From Octopus vulgaris (lineage: Eukaryota), in contig OX597828.1 in NCBI GenBank assembly GCA_951406725.2, forward strand, positions 11,284,001-11,348,000: 64,000 bases of DNA. Reading direction: 5' to 3'. Made by a program: the position numbers and the translations under genes. The notes below the pieces were generated by a model, which searched no databases, was not told the origin of the DNA, and saw nothing but the letters and a program-made list of their open reading frames with translations. Below, piece after piece: positions 43,314 to 56,802 of this stretch (position 1 is its first letter; the number at the start of each line of letters is the position of its first letter).

Positions 43314-44840
43314 GAACGAATAAAAGAAGGAGAGAAAGAAAGAGAGAGTATGTGTGTATGTGAAAGTGTGTCAATGAAATTGTGTGTGTGTGTGTGTGTG
43401 TGAAAGTGTAAGCGGAGAAAATGTGTGTACAAGAGAGATGGAGAGGTGAAGATGAGAGGTGGGAAAGAAGATTCGCTTCGTTTCAAGCTAGTCAATGATA
43501 ACTAGAGAAAAATAACAACAAGCTGATTGATTTGTATAAAAGATAACAAAGAATTGATTGCTTTCCATCATCGCTTAACAATCGGGAAAGGATTATAGAT
43601 CAAAGAGACAGGATTTAGATATCAATTGGTCGAGTGAATAGGGTGCTAAACTCTGTAGACTATCAATGACACAATCAGACAACTTGCCGTGCTAAACAGT
43701 AGCGGATCAAAGAAACTGGTCATTTTATATATCACCTTGAAACAAGAGGCAGATTTTCAATCCATGAGGAAGCTTGTAATTATGAATTGTTAAGTAGCAG
43801 TAAATAGATCTCGTATAAACTGGCTAATTTCTAATGATGGCTATCAGTACATTTTAGTGCGGCTGTGCTGCAAAACCTGACAATAAACTATATTTATTGA
43901 CTTGCAGTCATTATCGATGATGTTAGCAATGTTAACCACTTGCAATCGAATTATATAACTCTAGTTTACTCGGTCCTGGGTTACGGTGATAGAAAATGGT
44001 AAATGGATCCAATCATAAGCACAGCGTTTACAATACGGGTTCCATAGAAAACTTGTTTTTTGTTTTAAGAAAAGAGGGAAATGAAGTGTTGGTATTGTTA
44101 TGTTCTTTCTTCTACATACGTTAATCGCTTCAACATTGTTCGATTATCATATTTATCCCCCATAACATCAATTCCCCCATTTTCAACGGATAATCAATGA
44201 GTCGAGTTAAGGACCTCTATACGGTCGTTCAAGCTTTTATAAAATGCAGTAAAATCTCTCCTATAACATACCCTAATGTCTTAAAACGAGAAGGATTCGT
44301 TTGATAACATGGACATGTGGATCTGGATGACCATTAACTCAAAAAATATGAAATGGTCATAACTCACGTATCTTTAATCATATGACTGCTTGATCAGGTT
44401 CATTTGGGGCCTAATATTTACAAGATAGTACGCCATCAGTTGTCGTGATCCATAGATTCCCAGATCTAAAGCTTTAGATATGCTTCGTAGATACGTCTTA
44501 GATATGAAATAATTGAAAATAAATGTGTGCGAGATCTGTGGCAATTCTGCATCCTATAAACTTTCTCATTTCTGTTTTGATGCATAAATTAATATATTTT
44601 GCCGTTCCGTTGAGGGATGGACAGTATAATGAAAGGCAAGGTTTACGATATCGGAAGAATGCCGTCTACTTCCATCATCGTTTTCTTCTTCGTGTAGTTC
44701 AGGCTTCCGACAGGAGAAGAGAGAAGACTTCAAGTACAAATGCTATTTACAACTGGTTTATTTACAAGTTTTACAGGATAGGTGAAGTGTGCTGCTCTCA
44801 GCAACCATCTTAAGCTCTGTGCGTTGTGTAATAGCTCCGA

Positions 44841-45224
44841 AGGAGGCGCAATGGCCCAGTGGTTAGGGCAGCGGACTCGCGGTCATAGGATCGCGGTTTC
44901 GATTCCCAGACCGGGCGTTGTGAGTGTTTATTGAGCGAAAACACCTAAAGCTCCACGAGTCTCCGGCAGGGGATAGTGGTGATCCCTGCTGTACTCTTTC
45001 ACCACAACTTTCTCTCACTCTTACTTCCTGTTTCTGTTGTACCTGTATTTCAAAGGGCCGGCCTTGTCACTCTCTGTGTCACGCTGAATATCCCCGAGAA
45101 CTACGTTAAGGGTATACGTGTCTGTGGAGTACTCAGCCACTTACACGTTAATTTCACGAGCAGGCTGTTCGGTTGATCGGATCAACCGGAACCCTCATCG
45201 TCGTAACCGACGGAGTGCTTCCAC
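44841..45224 (+). mobile_element. SINE-C, full length, 11 bp TSD
   Basis: TSD aatagctccga at 44830-44840 and 45225-45235; tRNA head tggcccagtggttag...ggtttcgattccc. Confidence 0.93.
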
Positions 45225-45336
45225 AATAGCTCCGATAGTGCGGGCGCAAATTGCCTCTGGAGGTACACATGCAGACAGATCCTGCCAGTGGTGGTGTTCA
45301 GCCAGCGCTGCTCTGAAGTGGCGCCAAAAAGAGAGA

Positions 45337-45629
45337 TATTTCTTTATTTACCTATAAAAAGGCCTACATAGAGGGGACATTACAAGGACAGACAAGGGAC
45401 ATTTAGGGTACAAACACGCTTCTTATATACACTATGAAAAAACGGATGGATTTATATATATTTTGCGGATGGGAGTTAAAAATATGAATGATGGTTGGAT
45501 GAAATTTGGGCCCGGGTTAGTGAATTAACCCGCCGGTTCGTTATCCCTTTTGGTAATCTTTTTCCCTTCTTTTATGCTCCGACCGACCGTGCAAGCACAG
45601 CCTCATGCATTTTCATCTTTCTTACCACT
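45337..45629 (-). mobile_element. 5'-truncated LINE-like 3' end with the B1-type tail
   Basis: TSD cgccaaaa(a)gagaga at 45322-45336 and 45630-45643. Minus-strand end ttgtctgtccttgtaatgtcccctctatgtaggcc...aataaagaaata. Confidence 0.75.
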
Positions 45630-46337
45630 CGCCAAAAGAGAGAGAGAGAGAGATCCGAACAGGGTTTTCCCTTTATATAGTTTTCCATTGCGAGCCTCGT
45701 TGTGATCTCGCGCATGGCAAATGGATGCAGGTGAGGTCTCGCTCCAGTCTCGGAGAAGGCAATGGCAGCCGTGAGATCTCATCCAATATGGCGCTGACTG
45801 CTTGTGCCGCTACAACAGCATCTGTGATGCCTTATTTCTTCGAAGTCTCCAGCACCAGTGAGAGATAGTGAAGCTTGATAGGAAGAGAAAAGAAATTTAT
45901 CGTCAAACCGTAGTTCTGGCCTGAATGCCTTGTACCAGAGTGGCGACTGTTAAAAGTACCAAAAAATCAGATGATAGTACTAAACCAAGCGATGGATAGT
46001 GTCGACCACTCAAGAACTCAGAATGCAAAGAAATCTTTTACAATGCTCTGGCAATTCCACCACTCACGACTGCGACTTTATTTTATGGTTTTCGAAGAAT
46101 CGAAAGGAAAAGTTGGCTTTTGTAGAATTTGAACTCAGAATACAGAGAGCAGTAAACAAATACCACAAGGTACTTTTGTCTTACACTCTAACGACTGCCA
46201 ATTCTCCGCCTTGATAATTTTCATAAAAATTGCTTCATTATGGAGACGACTTCAATCAGGACTTATATATAGTTTCGTTGCTAAGGTTTTTTGAAGGTAG
46301 AACGCTGGAACTTGTTTCGTTGTGTTAAAAATAGCGA

Positions 46338-46562
46338 AGGCAGCGAGTTGGCAACATTGTTAGCGTGTCCGAAAAAATACTTAGCCGCTTGCTTTTCTTC
46401 CAGCTTTTTACGTTCTGAGTTCAAATTCCACCGAGGTCGACTTTACCCTTAATTTTTTCAGCATCGATAAAATAAGTACCAGTGATAGTACTAGAGTTGA
46501 TGTAATCGAGTTACCTCCTTCTCCAAAAATTGCTGGCATTGTGCAAAATATTTGAAACAACT
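46338..46562 (+). mobile_element. SINE-B2-type copy
   Basis: aaggcagcgagttggc head, gagttcaaattcc B box and the central domain. Confidence 0.82.
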
Positions 46563-47459
46563 ATGTTTAAAATATCGATTATGTCTTCGATTTCATTCTA
46601 TCACAAATTACATTCTATGATCTTCAATCAAGAAGGTTATACTGGACAATGTAATTCCCGTTACAAAAAAAAAAAAAAGAAAGAAAGAAAGAAAGACGGG
46701 ACGGTCACGAGTGGACTGCTTTTGATCGTAGGTCTGCTCGATCAAAGAGATGGCAAAGAGTAAGACAACAACAATTACATAACATCTTCGATAACAGGCT
46801 TCTTACGTTTTCCGAAAAACGTCTATCACAGATAGTGATTGTGATTATAATATTCTAACTCTTGTGATGTCAGACAATTTTCAAAACTAAAAAAAAAATT
46901 GTCCAAAACCAGCCAAAAGCTGCCATTAGAAGTAAGTGACCAGAAATCTGTAAACAAGACTCCAATTACATCGTTACATTCAACAGCACAAACACCAATG
47001 CCGCCGCTGCCGCCGCCATAACTGCCGCCGCTCATCACTTGTATACGTCTATATAAAACCAATTCGACAGAGATGGCTGTATAGAATATAAACAGTTTAA
47101 AAGTAGTTTAAACCGGCAGTTTGAGGAGAATGATTTAAAATTCTCTAAACAGACCATTTCCAAGGAAAATAAAGGGAGAGAAAATAACAATATATCTCTT
47201 GTTAAAAGTTGTTGACGCTATCGCTGGAGACTGCCTGGAAATATGTTGGTAAACAGCTGCTACCATTCCGAAGTAGAGATACACTGAGGAGATACCTGGA
47301 AAGATTTTAACTAATGCAAGACACCCAGGTGGATAACAAAGCTGAAGAAAAATTTCTACAACCTACTCGCAGAATCGGATCTCTAGATATCATTAAACGA
47401 TACATAGTAAAGAATAAGTTCAATGTACACAAACTAGGCTTTTAAAATAGAAATGTTTA

Positions 47460-48580
47460 GGCGCAGGCGTGTCTGTGTGGTAAGAAAATTGGGATCTTTT
47501 CGGTTTGAACGGCAGTTTTTAACATAATTTCTAGGTAACTAAAAAATTTTAAACTTCGTATACTGGTTGAATGTGTTTATAAAACATCTTTTTCTCTTGG
47601 CTTTATTGAAAAAAATTCTGTAGTTTGTAAGATATTTGTTGTTTTTTTTCTTCAATTTCTGCAATTTCAACCAATCAATGACCGTCTATTGAAGTGAAAA
47701 CATTCTGTGCCGTATGAATATGTCCCTCGTTTAAGAAACAGATTGGGTTTATTTACATTTGTGAAGAAAAAAAGATACCCTTTCCCCACCTCAAACCCTA
47801 ACCCTAACTAACCCTAACTCTTAAAACAGATTGAAATGCAATAGATCGATACTAGGGTCATAATTATGGGTGACAATTTCATATGACACCGCTAGAAAAA
47901 AAACCGAAAAGATCCGAAAATTGTATTTTTGATACCTAAATGGAATTGAGTAAGAGATTCATTGCCTCAAAGTGGCTTCATATGTATTCAATGTAAGAGG
48001 TCTATCGCCTCCTTAATGTTGTTTTTGTAATCGGTTTATTGCCTCAAAATGTTTTATAAAAGAACAATGTGCTCGGGTATACAGCAATCGGCGGGCGTTA
48101 CTGTTGCCCTCATTTTTCACCATTTCATTTGTCATTCATATCATTATGTGTGTGTGTGTCCAGCCCGCAGCTTCCTTTCTGTGTAAGGCCCTTGTGGCCA
48201 ATTAAATGAAATAAAGAAGATTGTTTCCCGACCACATAGTTCTGGGTTCAGTCCCACTATGTGTTGGCACCTTGGGCAAGTGTCTTCTACTATAGCCTCA
48301 GACTAACCAAAACCTTGTGATAGACAGAAACTAAAAGAAGTCCGTCGTATTGTGTGCGTGTCTTTGTGTCTGTATTTGTTCACCCACTATCAACACCGCT
48401 TGACAACTGGTGTTGGTGTGTTTACGTCCCCGTAACCTAGCGGTTCGGTGAAACAGAGCGATAGAATAAATACTAAGCTTTAAAACATAAGTCCTGGGGT
48501 AGTTTTTTCGATTAGAACTTTATAGGCTGTACTCCAGCATGGCTGCAGTTAAATAACTGAAATAAGTACAAGATTAAAGT
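47460..48580 (+). mobile_element. SINE-A interrupted in its head by a LINE-like 3' fragment (about 47925-48213) and a MITE
   Basis: The head stops at gtggtaagaaaattg and resumes at aagaagattgtttccc (48214). The insert ends gtgtaaggcccttgtggccaattaaatgaaata. Confidence 0.82.
47492..47915. mobile_element. MITE copy 3
   Basis: TSD gaaaattg at 47484-47491 and 47916-47923; the right TIR has an internal deletion. Confidence 0.92.
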
Positions 48581-49126
48581 TCAAATAATACTTTAGAATA
48601 CTTAGATTCTGCACTCCAGATGTGGAACACAAAGCTCTGAGTTCGATTCTAGCATGGGGAATAGTGAGTAAGTACTTTCTTTTACCAAAACTTCGGATTG
48701 ATTCAACTCTTATGAGTGAAAAAAATGGGTGAACAGAAACTGCGGAATCTTGTCAGATAGATTGATCCTGCAATTCAAAGACCCATGTTACAGACTACGT
48801 CATGGAGGTGTTACTTTAGGATTATATTAAGGTACACATGCGTGCGGAATACTCATCCACGTGTATCTCAGTTGCTTAGATAAGTGAATATTCATTGTCG
48901 AAACCGATAGAGATCCAATTATCCAACACCAGTTTCCTCTTATTACTATGGCCGGGATCCAGCCTGGGGCCGCAGCAACAAAGTCCAGCCGTCACGCTTT
49001 TCGGTCCATCATCACTGCCCCGAGGCCCTGGATAAATTCCAGGCCAGTGTCTGCAACCAAGTTGTAAGTGTGACGACGTTTTCCTCTTCTTATATAACCA
49101 TGAAGTGGGTTCCACAAGGCTAATTA

Positions 49127-49691
49127 TTGGGTTGTCTGGAAAGTTCGTGCCGATTTATAGTAGCTTACCTTTCGACTTATTCTAGAACATGGCGAGTCCA
49201 TAAAATAGGATTTGACTACACCCCCATTTAGAGCACAGTTTAAGCTACCTTTTCGTGGAAGAAGGTTTATGTTCCTATAACCTGTGCTAATTCTGTAACC
49301 CTTTAAAATGGAAGATAAGAAAGTTCATTTTCGGCACTTGATGCTTTGGGAAAGAGACAAAAAATGCTGCAGTTCGGCTGGGATGTGTTACCCCACCCTC
49401 CATATTCACCAGATATTGCTCCTTCGGATTTCCACTTATTCAGGTCTCTGATGAATAGTCTTAATGTTAAAAATTTCAATTCCTTGGATGACGTAAAAGA
49501 TACCTTGATGAATTCTTTGCCATGAAAGCACCTCAATTCTGGGAAGAGGGTATTTTCAAGTTAAAGGAAAGATGGAGACGCATTGTGCAACAAAATGATT
49601 CATATTTGGTTGATTAAAAATGTAATGGCAAGTATTTCTTGACATTTTTCTTTCCTTTAAAAATCGGCACGAACTTTCCGGACAACCCTAA
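49127..49691 (+). mobile_element. Mariner internal-deletion derivative, copy 2
   Basis: Same TIRs and same deletion point as 29380; GWDVLPHPPYSPDIAPSDFHLFRSL. Confidence 0.95.
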
Positions 49692-50289
49692 TAACTCTAA
49701 AACACAAATTGAAAGAGACTCCAGCATAGAATATAAGTTTGCCTCTAACCTATAAGATATATATGTATATATATATATGAAGAGAATAAATGAATCAGTA
49801 AGACTAGCTTATTCTCAAGATCTTAAATATATCAAATATCTGGAATGGAAACGAAGAATTTTCACCACAATCATATTATTGTACCAATATTGATAGTAAA
49901 ATGTGCATTATCACCACTTCAGCTTTATCTAACCGATGGAAAGCTGCTTTATGGAAAAGCTTCAGGAAGGGGCCTAATACAAATTGTTGGCATTTTTCTT
50001 AAGATCGTTTCTACTTTAAATTTAAAAGGATATGGAATATTGAATTGACAGAGCATACTGGCTTGCCATAAGACAAGTATAAATTGTGTATTCAAAAATA
50101 AAACCACCCACTTGGAAGAAAACCGTTGGTCAATTGCTAATTTAAGAATTATATAGAAACCCAACTGCAGCTATTTCAAATGATTTCTCTAAGGGCATTA
50201 AGAATTGGACATTGAGGGCTACAAAAACCTAACAATTAATAAAAATATAGCGTTCTTGTAAAAAAGCAAGAATAACAAACGAGTAATTT

Positions 50290-51558
<1,269 letters not shown>

Positions 51559-51914
51559 ATATATATATATATATATTTATGTCCTTCAGTCGGGAGAGAA
51601 TGGCGATACCCATGAATACATGGTCTCTGAAACTGAAGGGAAAGAAGAAGGGAAGTTACTTTCAAACAGAAAACCGGATATAATAGATTCTACATAGCCG
51701 CAAATTTCCTGGCACTGTGACTAGGTTAGAGATCAGTTTTACGATGTTCCTACTACAGCTGCTTAGTAAACTGATCGCCCCCATTCTGCGGTACTTAATT
51801 TCAGCTAGGGAGCCTGGCGCATTTATGAGTTAAATAATCTAGCTCCGGATAACTAGATATAAACTATAAACAATATGGGTGTCCGTCACACTTTCTCCTT
51901 GGCCTATCTATCAT

Positions 51915-52130
51915 TGATTTCAAATTTTGGCACCAGGCCTGCATGTTCGTGAGTGGTGGGTAATCGATTATTCCAACCCCATTACTCAACTGGTCCATAT
52001 TTTATCGACTCTAAAAGAACGAAAGGCAAAGTCGACCTTGGTGGAATTTGAACTCAGAACGTAAAGACGGACGAAATGCCATTTAGTATTTCGCCCGTCG
52101 CGGTAACGATTTTACCTGCTCGCCATCTTC
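51915..52130 (-). mobile_element. SINE-B2-type copy
   Basis: Central domain and head. Confidence 0.8.
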
Positions 52131-52779
52131 TGCTATCGATCATTGAATGTACGAGTGTATTGGTCAAATAAAATTGAAAACGTTTCTTTCTTTCTTTTCT
52201 TTTCTTTCTCCAAAATCTTTTTGTCGCAGACACTTTTGAATAAAACTGTTAAGATCCTGGTAAGTCCAGACTCGTAATTCAATTTTAATGATTCTAATGA
52301 TCATCTTAATTTCTTTTATTTCACTAATTATCTTGGAAACCAAATGATGGTCATAATATTTCACTTTATATTTCCGGCAAGACATAGAGCTCTTACAGGC
52401 GGCGGCGATTTGGCAGAGCCGTTAGAGCCAGATGTCAACTTTGCCTTCCATCTTTTCAGATAAAAACGAAGCACTTAGGCAGAAGATTGGTAGAATTGGT
52501 AGAATTGTAAGAACTAAAAAACCGGATACTTCGCAGTATTTCAGATTTTTGCGTTCTGAGTTCATATCTTGTCGCAACCTACTTGACTAAAGCGCTTAAT
52601 CCTTAGTTGCATTTCAGAGAGTCCTCCCTGTTGCAACTATTCGGATCAGGTTTCTGCAGTGAGGAACGCTTCATCTCTCTCACAAGTCTCAGAAGCTCCG
52701 TGAAGTGTCATGGATACTGCCTCTGAATGAAAGATTTTCATAAGCGCAGGCGTGGCTGTGTGGTAAGAAACTTGCTTCC

Positions 52780-54255
52780 GTGCATGCGTCAGGTTATTTG
52801 CTGTGTTGATTTTTGACGAGACGGACGGAATTTTTTGAGCTGCTTGCCAGCGGTTTGTTGGTGAGTGTTGTACTAGTGGAAAAGAATGTATTCGGACCTT
52901 AGCGAGTATGAACTATCCTCAGCAGAGGAGGAGCTCGTTAAGGCGGTAAACAGAATGGACGAGCATTTGGAAAGAGTAAAGAGTTTTGCTGAGGCAGCAG
53001 AGGTAAAGAAAAAGGAAGTACACCTAACCGGACTGAAGGAGCTGAGTAAGATGACACAGAAGGTGGGAAGTAATGTAAAGTTATTACTCCCGAAAATGGT
53101 TATGGTAAATATGGAAAAGAAGACTATTACCTACAAGGTGCTCCCAGTGGAGAGTAGAAGGTGGAGCGGATGGAGATGGAAAAAATTGAAAAAACTCTGA
53201 AGGGGCTTTCGAAGGAAGTAAGGTAAATAGGAAGAGGACATGGGACGGTGGTTGTCCAGTTTAGGACAGAAGAAGAGGCAAAGAGGCTGGCGAGTACGAC
53301 TGTAAAAACTGAGAAACTAGTACTTCTACCCACCTGCCTTGGAAGAAAGACTTCTAAGGTGAGGGTAGAAGGAATTCCACCTGACACAGAAGTGGCTTGG
53401 GTTGCGGCAGCCGTCTTCGTTGGAAGTGAGGAGGAGGCGGCTGTTCTTCAAGCCACAGAGACGGAGGAAGGAAGCTATAAAGGAAAAATACTGGAAATGA
53501 TCATACAAGCGGAGGCGAAGGAGCTGGAAAATTTGGCGGAAACGGTGACGATGGGAGAAATAGTATTGAGAGTATGGGTAGAGGGCAGAATTCCGCGATG
53601 CTTTAAATGTGGCCAAAAAGGCCACATTAGAGCACACTGCCCTCTACAGAAGAAAACAATAGAGGAAACAACAGATGAACCAGTTGTGGAGATGGAAGAG
53701 AAAAAAAAGGAAGAAAAGAAAGATGGACGAAAGGAGGAAGAATGGATAGTAACAGAGAGTAGAAGGAAGAAGAGGAAGAAAAGAAAGAACACTGAGTGTG
53801 ATGTGGTACCCCAGTCCAACTCCATCCCACCCAAGACCACTCAGACCCACCCGACAGGCCACCCACCCACTCCCTTTCCCCACAAGAAAAGGAAAAAAGT
53901 GCAGACACCACAGAATTTAGAAGACCCCTCCCACGGTGAAAAAGGTTTCGGAAGAATGTTGTATTTGAGCGATAGCGAGAGTGAAAATAGAACAACTAGA
54001 CCAGAGATTAAAGACGAATTGGGACTCAGAGGTAGCGAGTGGTGTTACTCAGTGTGGGGTGAGTAGCACACTCTTCATATTTTAATTTTCAGATATCATG
54101 CATGTTATCATAACCTTAATTTATTTTCTCGTGTTCATTTTCATGTCACTCACGGTATCATATTTTATTTTTACATATTTTTAATTGTTATATGTCCCCA
54201 CATGTTTTGTAGTGTCCCCTCTATGTTATGCCTTTATGGCAATTTGAAAGAAATA
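52780..54255 (+). mobile_element. ORF1-only non-LTR retroelement, copy 1
   Basis: Lies between aagaaacttgcttcc (52765-52779) and aagaagcttgcttcc (54256-54270). Short 5' UTR, ORF1 and a ~190 bp 3' UTR ending aaagaaata. Confidence 0.88.
52886..54066 (+). pseudogene. L1/Tx1-type ORF1 (gag-like): RRM-like region plus CCHC zinc knuckle; frameshift and stop near 53160-53230
   Basis: ORFs 52886-53200 and 53248-54066; GTVVVQFRTEEEAKRL, KVRVEGIP, CFKCGQKGHIRAHC (CX2CX4HX4C) and a basic RRKKRKKRK tract. Confidence 0.85.
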
Positions 54256-54270
54256 AAGAAGCTTGCTTCC

Positions 54271-55717
54271 GGTTACCCAGAGTGCATTTGGTTTGTTGTT
54301 TGTGTGCGAGTCGGAAGTTTTTTTTTTGTTTTGCTCTTTGAGGTTAGAGATGTACTCAGACCTTAGCGGGTCTGAGCTGTCTTCTTCAGAGGAGGAGCTG
54401 TTGAGAGCAGTAGAAGGTATGGATGAATATTTGAAGAAAATGAAGAATTTCGCGGAGGCTATGGAGGTGAAGAGAAAAGAGGTGGATCTATCAAGAATGA
54501 AGGAGCATGGAAAAATGGTGCAGAAAGTGGGCGGCAACGTGACGTTGTCATCCCAACAAAGAATAATGGATGGCATAAAAAGAAGAACAGTCATATACAA
54601 AGTTTACTCGATAAAGAGTAAGAAAGTCGACCAAATAGAAATAGAGAAAATAGAAAAGGCAGTAAAGGAGGAATCCAACGGAGTAATATACATGACAAGA
54701 GGATGTCAATATGGGACAATGGTAGTGCAGTTTAGAACAGAGGAGGAGGCAAGGAGGCTGGCGGGTAAAAATGTAAAAACGGAGGAAATGGTCCTTCTAC
54801 TCACGTATCTTGGAAGAAGGAATTCCAAGATAAGGGTAGAAGGAATCCCGCTTGGGTTGCGACAGCCGTCCTCATTGGAAGAGAAGAGGAAGTGACTGTC
54901 CTCCAGGCCACGGAAACGGAAGAAGGAAGATTTAAAGGGAAGTCGCTTGAACTTATCATTCAGACCGTGGAAAAACAACTGGAAAATTTGGCAGAGACAG
55001 TATCATTGGGAGAGATAGTTCTAAGAACGTGGGTGGAGAACAGAATCCCACGCTGCTTTAAATGTGGCCAAAAGGGCCACATTAGAGCGCACTGCCCTCT
55101 ACAGAGGAAAACGACAGAAGAAGCGGCGGTGGAGACGGAGGAGGAGGAAAAGGAAGAATTACAGATAGATGGAAGGAACAAGGGGGATGAATGGACAGTG
55201 ACCGAGAACAAAAGGAAAAAGAGAAAGAGGAAGAACAGTCAGTGTGATGTGGGACCCCAGACCAACTCCATCCCACCCAAGACCACTCAGACCCACGCTC
55301 ATCATATGACACCAAACCTACCCACCCCCTCTCCTCACAGGAAAAAAAAGAAGAAAGAACAGACACCACAAAATTTAAAAGACCCCTCCCCCGGTGAAAA
55401 AGGTTACGTGTACATGGTGGAGAGAGTGTTGTCACTCAGCGATGGGGGAAAAGGTAAGACTAGATTAAAGACTAAAGAGGACTCAGGACTCAGAGGTGGC
55501 GAGTGGTGTTACTCAGTGTGGGGTGAGTAACACACTTTTCATATTCTCATTTCTCAAGTTATCATTCATGTATCATTATTTTAATATTTTGATTTTAATG
55601 TTTTTCATGTTCATTTTCATGTGTCATTCATAGCCTCATATTTTTATTGTTATATGTCCCCACATGTGTTGTAGTGTCCCCTCTGTGTAAAGCCTTTATG
55701 GCAATTGAAAAGAAATA
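54271..55717 (+). mobile_element. ORF1-only non-LTR retroelement, copy 2 (different subfamily)
   Basis: Followed by aagaagcttgcttc (55718-55731) and the resumed SINE-A. Same architecture as copy 1 with a different 5' UTR. Confidence 0.88.
54350..55530 (+). pseudogene. L1/Tx1-type ORF1 paralog with one frameshifting deletion near 54850
   Basis: MYSDLSGSELSSSEEELL..., GTMVVQFRTEEEARRL, an identical knuckle CFKCGQKGHIRAHC and the same C-terminus EWCYSVWGE. Confidence 0.85.
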
Positions 55718-56250
55718 AAGAAGCTTGCTTCTCAATTACATGGTTCCGGGTTCAAGCCCATTGCGTGGCTCCTTGGGCAAGTGTCTTTTTACTATAGCCT
55801 CAGAACGACCAAAGGATGAAAGAGAAAGTCGACCTCAGCGGAATTTGAACTCAGAACGTAACGGCAGACGAAATATGGCTACCCATTTCGCCAAGCGTGC
55901 TATTCTGCCAGCTCGCCGCCTTGCTCACACAATATATATGTACGTACACACAATATGTATGTGAGTGGATTTGGTAGACGGAAACTGAAAAGAAGCCCGT
56001 CGAATATATATGCTTATATGTGTGCCTTTCTGTCTGTGTTTGTCTCACCCCCACGCCACCATCGCTTGACAACCGATGTTGGCGTGTTTACCACCCCCGT
56101 AACTTAGCGGGTCGGCCAAAGAGACCCATAGAACAAGTACCAGGCTTACAAAGAATAAGTCCTGGGATCGATTTCTTCGATTAAAAGGCAGTACTCTAGC
56201 ATTGCCGCAGTCAAATGATTGAAACAAGTAAAAGAATAAAAGAATAAAAT
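55718..56250 (+). mobile_element. Remainder of the host SINE-A (head start at 52743-52779), with a 150 bp templated insert
   Basis: catggttccgggttcaagccc...ccttgggcaag continues the head; the family tail ends at about 56250. Confidence 0.9.
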
Positions 56251-56339
56251 AAATAGGATATCCAGCTTTTTGAAAATCCATTTGCAATTGTTTGTGAGAC
56301 AAATCAGAGAAGACGAAGAAGTGAAAGTGTCCTAAATAT

Positions 56340-56787
56340 CGATTTCAAATTTTGGTACAAGGTCGGCAATTATGAGGGAAGTGGCTAGTCGATTGTATTG
56401 AACACAATGTTCAACTGGTACTTAATTCATCGACCCCGAAGGAATGAAAGTCAAAGTCGACCTGAGCGGAATTTGAACTCATGACGTAAAGACAAACGAA
56501 ATGCCGCTAAGCATTTTTGCTTTACGTGCTAACGATTCTGCCATCTCGCTGCTTTTAAGAACGGAATAGTTTCGTTTCAAAATTTGGCACAAGGCCAGCA
56601 ATCTCGGGGGAAGGGGGTAACTCGATGGCATCAACTCCAGTGCTCATCTGGGACTTATTTTACCGACCTCAAAAGGATGAAGGTAAGTCGACCACGGCGG
56701 AATTTGAACTCGGAACGTAAAGACGAACGAAATGCCGCTGTGCAATTTTGCCTGGCATGCCTACAAGTCTGCCAGCTCGCCGCCTTA
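56340..56787 (-). mobile_element. Two tandem SINE-B2-type copies
   Basis: Copies at about 56340-56555 and 56573-56787. Confidence 0.82.
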
Positions 56788-56802
56788 GAGAACAATATAT
56801 AT

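Larger units (their letters stand above)
44693..45814 (-). mobile_element. Candidate solo LTR carrying two nested insertions
   Basis: Ends TGTAG...CTACA; on the minus strand ATTGG, then CTATATAAAG, then AATAAA occur in LTR order. No TSD found. Confidence 0.4.

Noticed and set aside
52886-55530. ORFs as an LTR-retrotransposon gag or a host zinc-knuckle gene pair
   Set aside because: No LTRs, primer-binding site or introns; ~15 bp TSDs and a LINE/SINE-type tail point to non-LTR retrotransposition.
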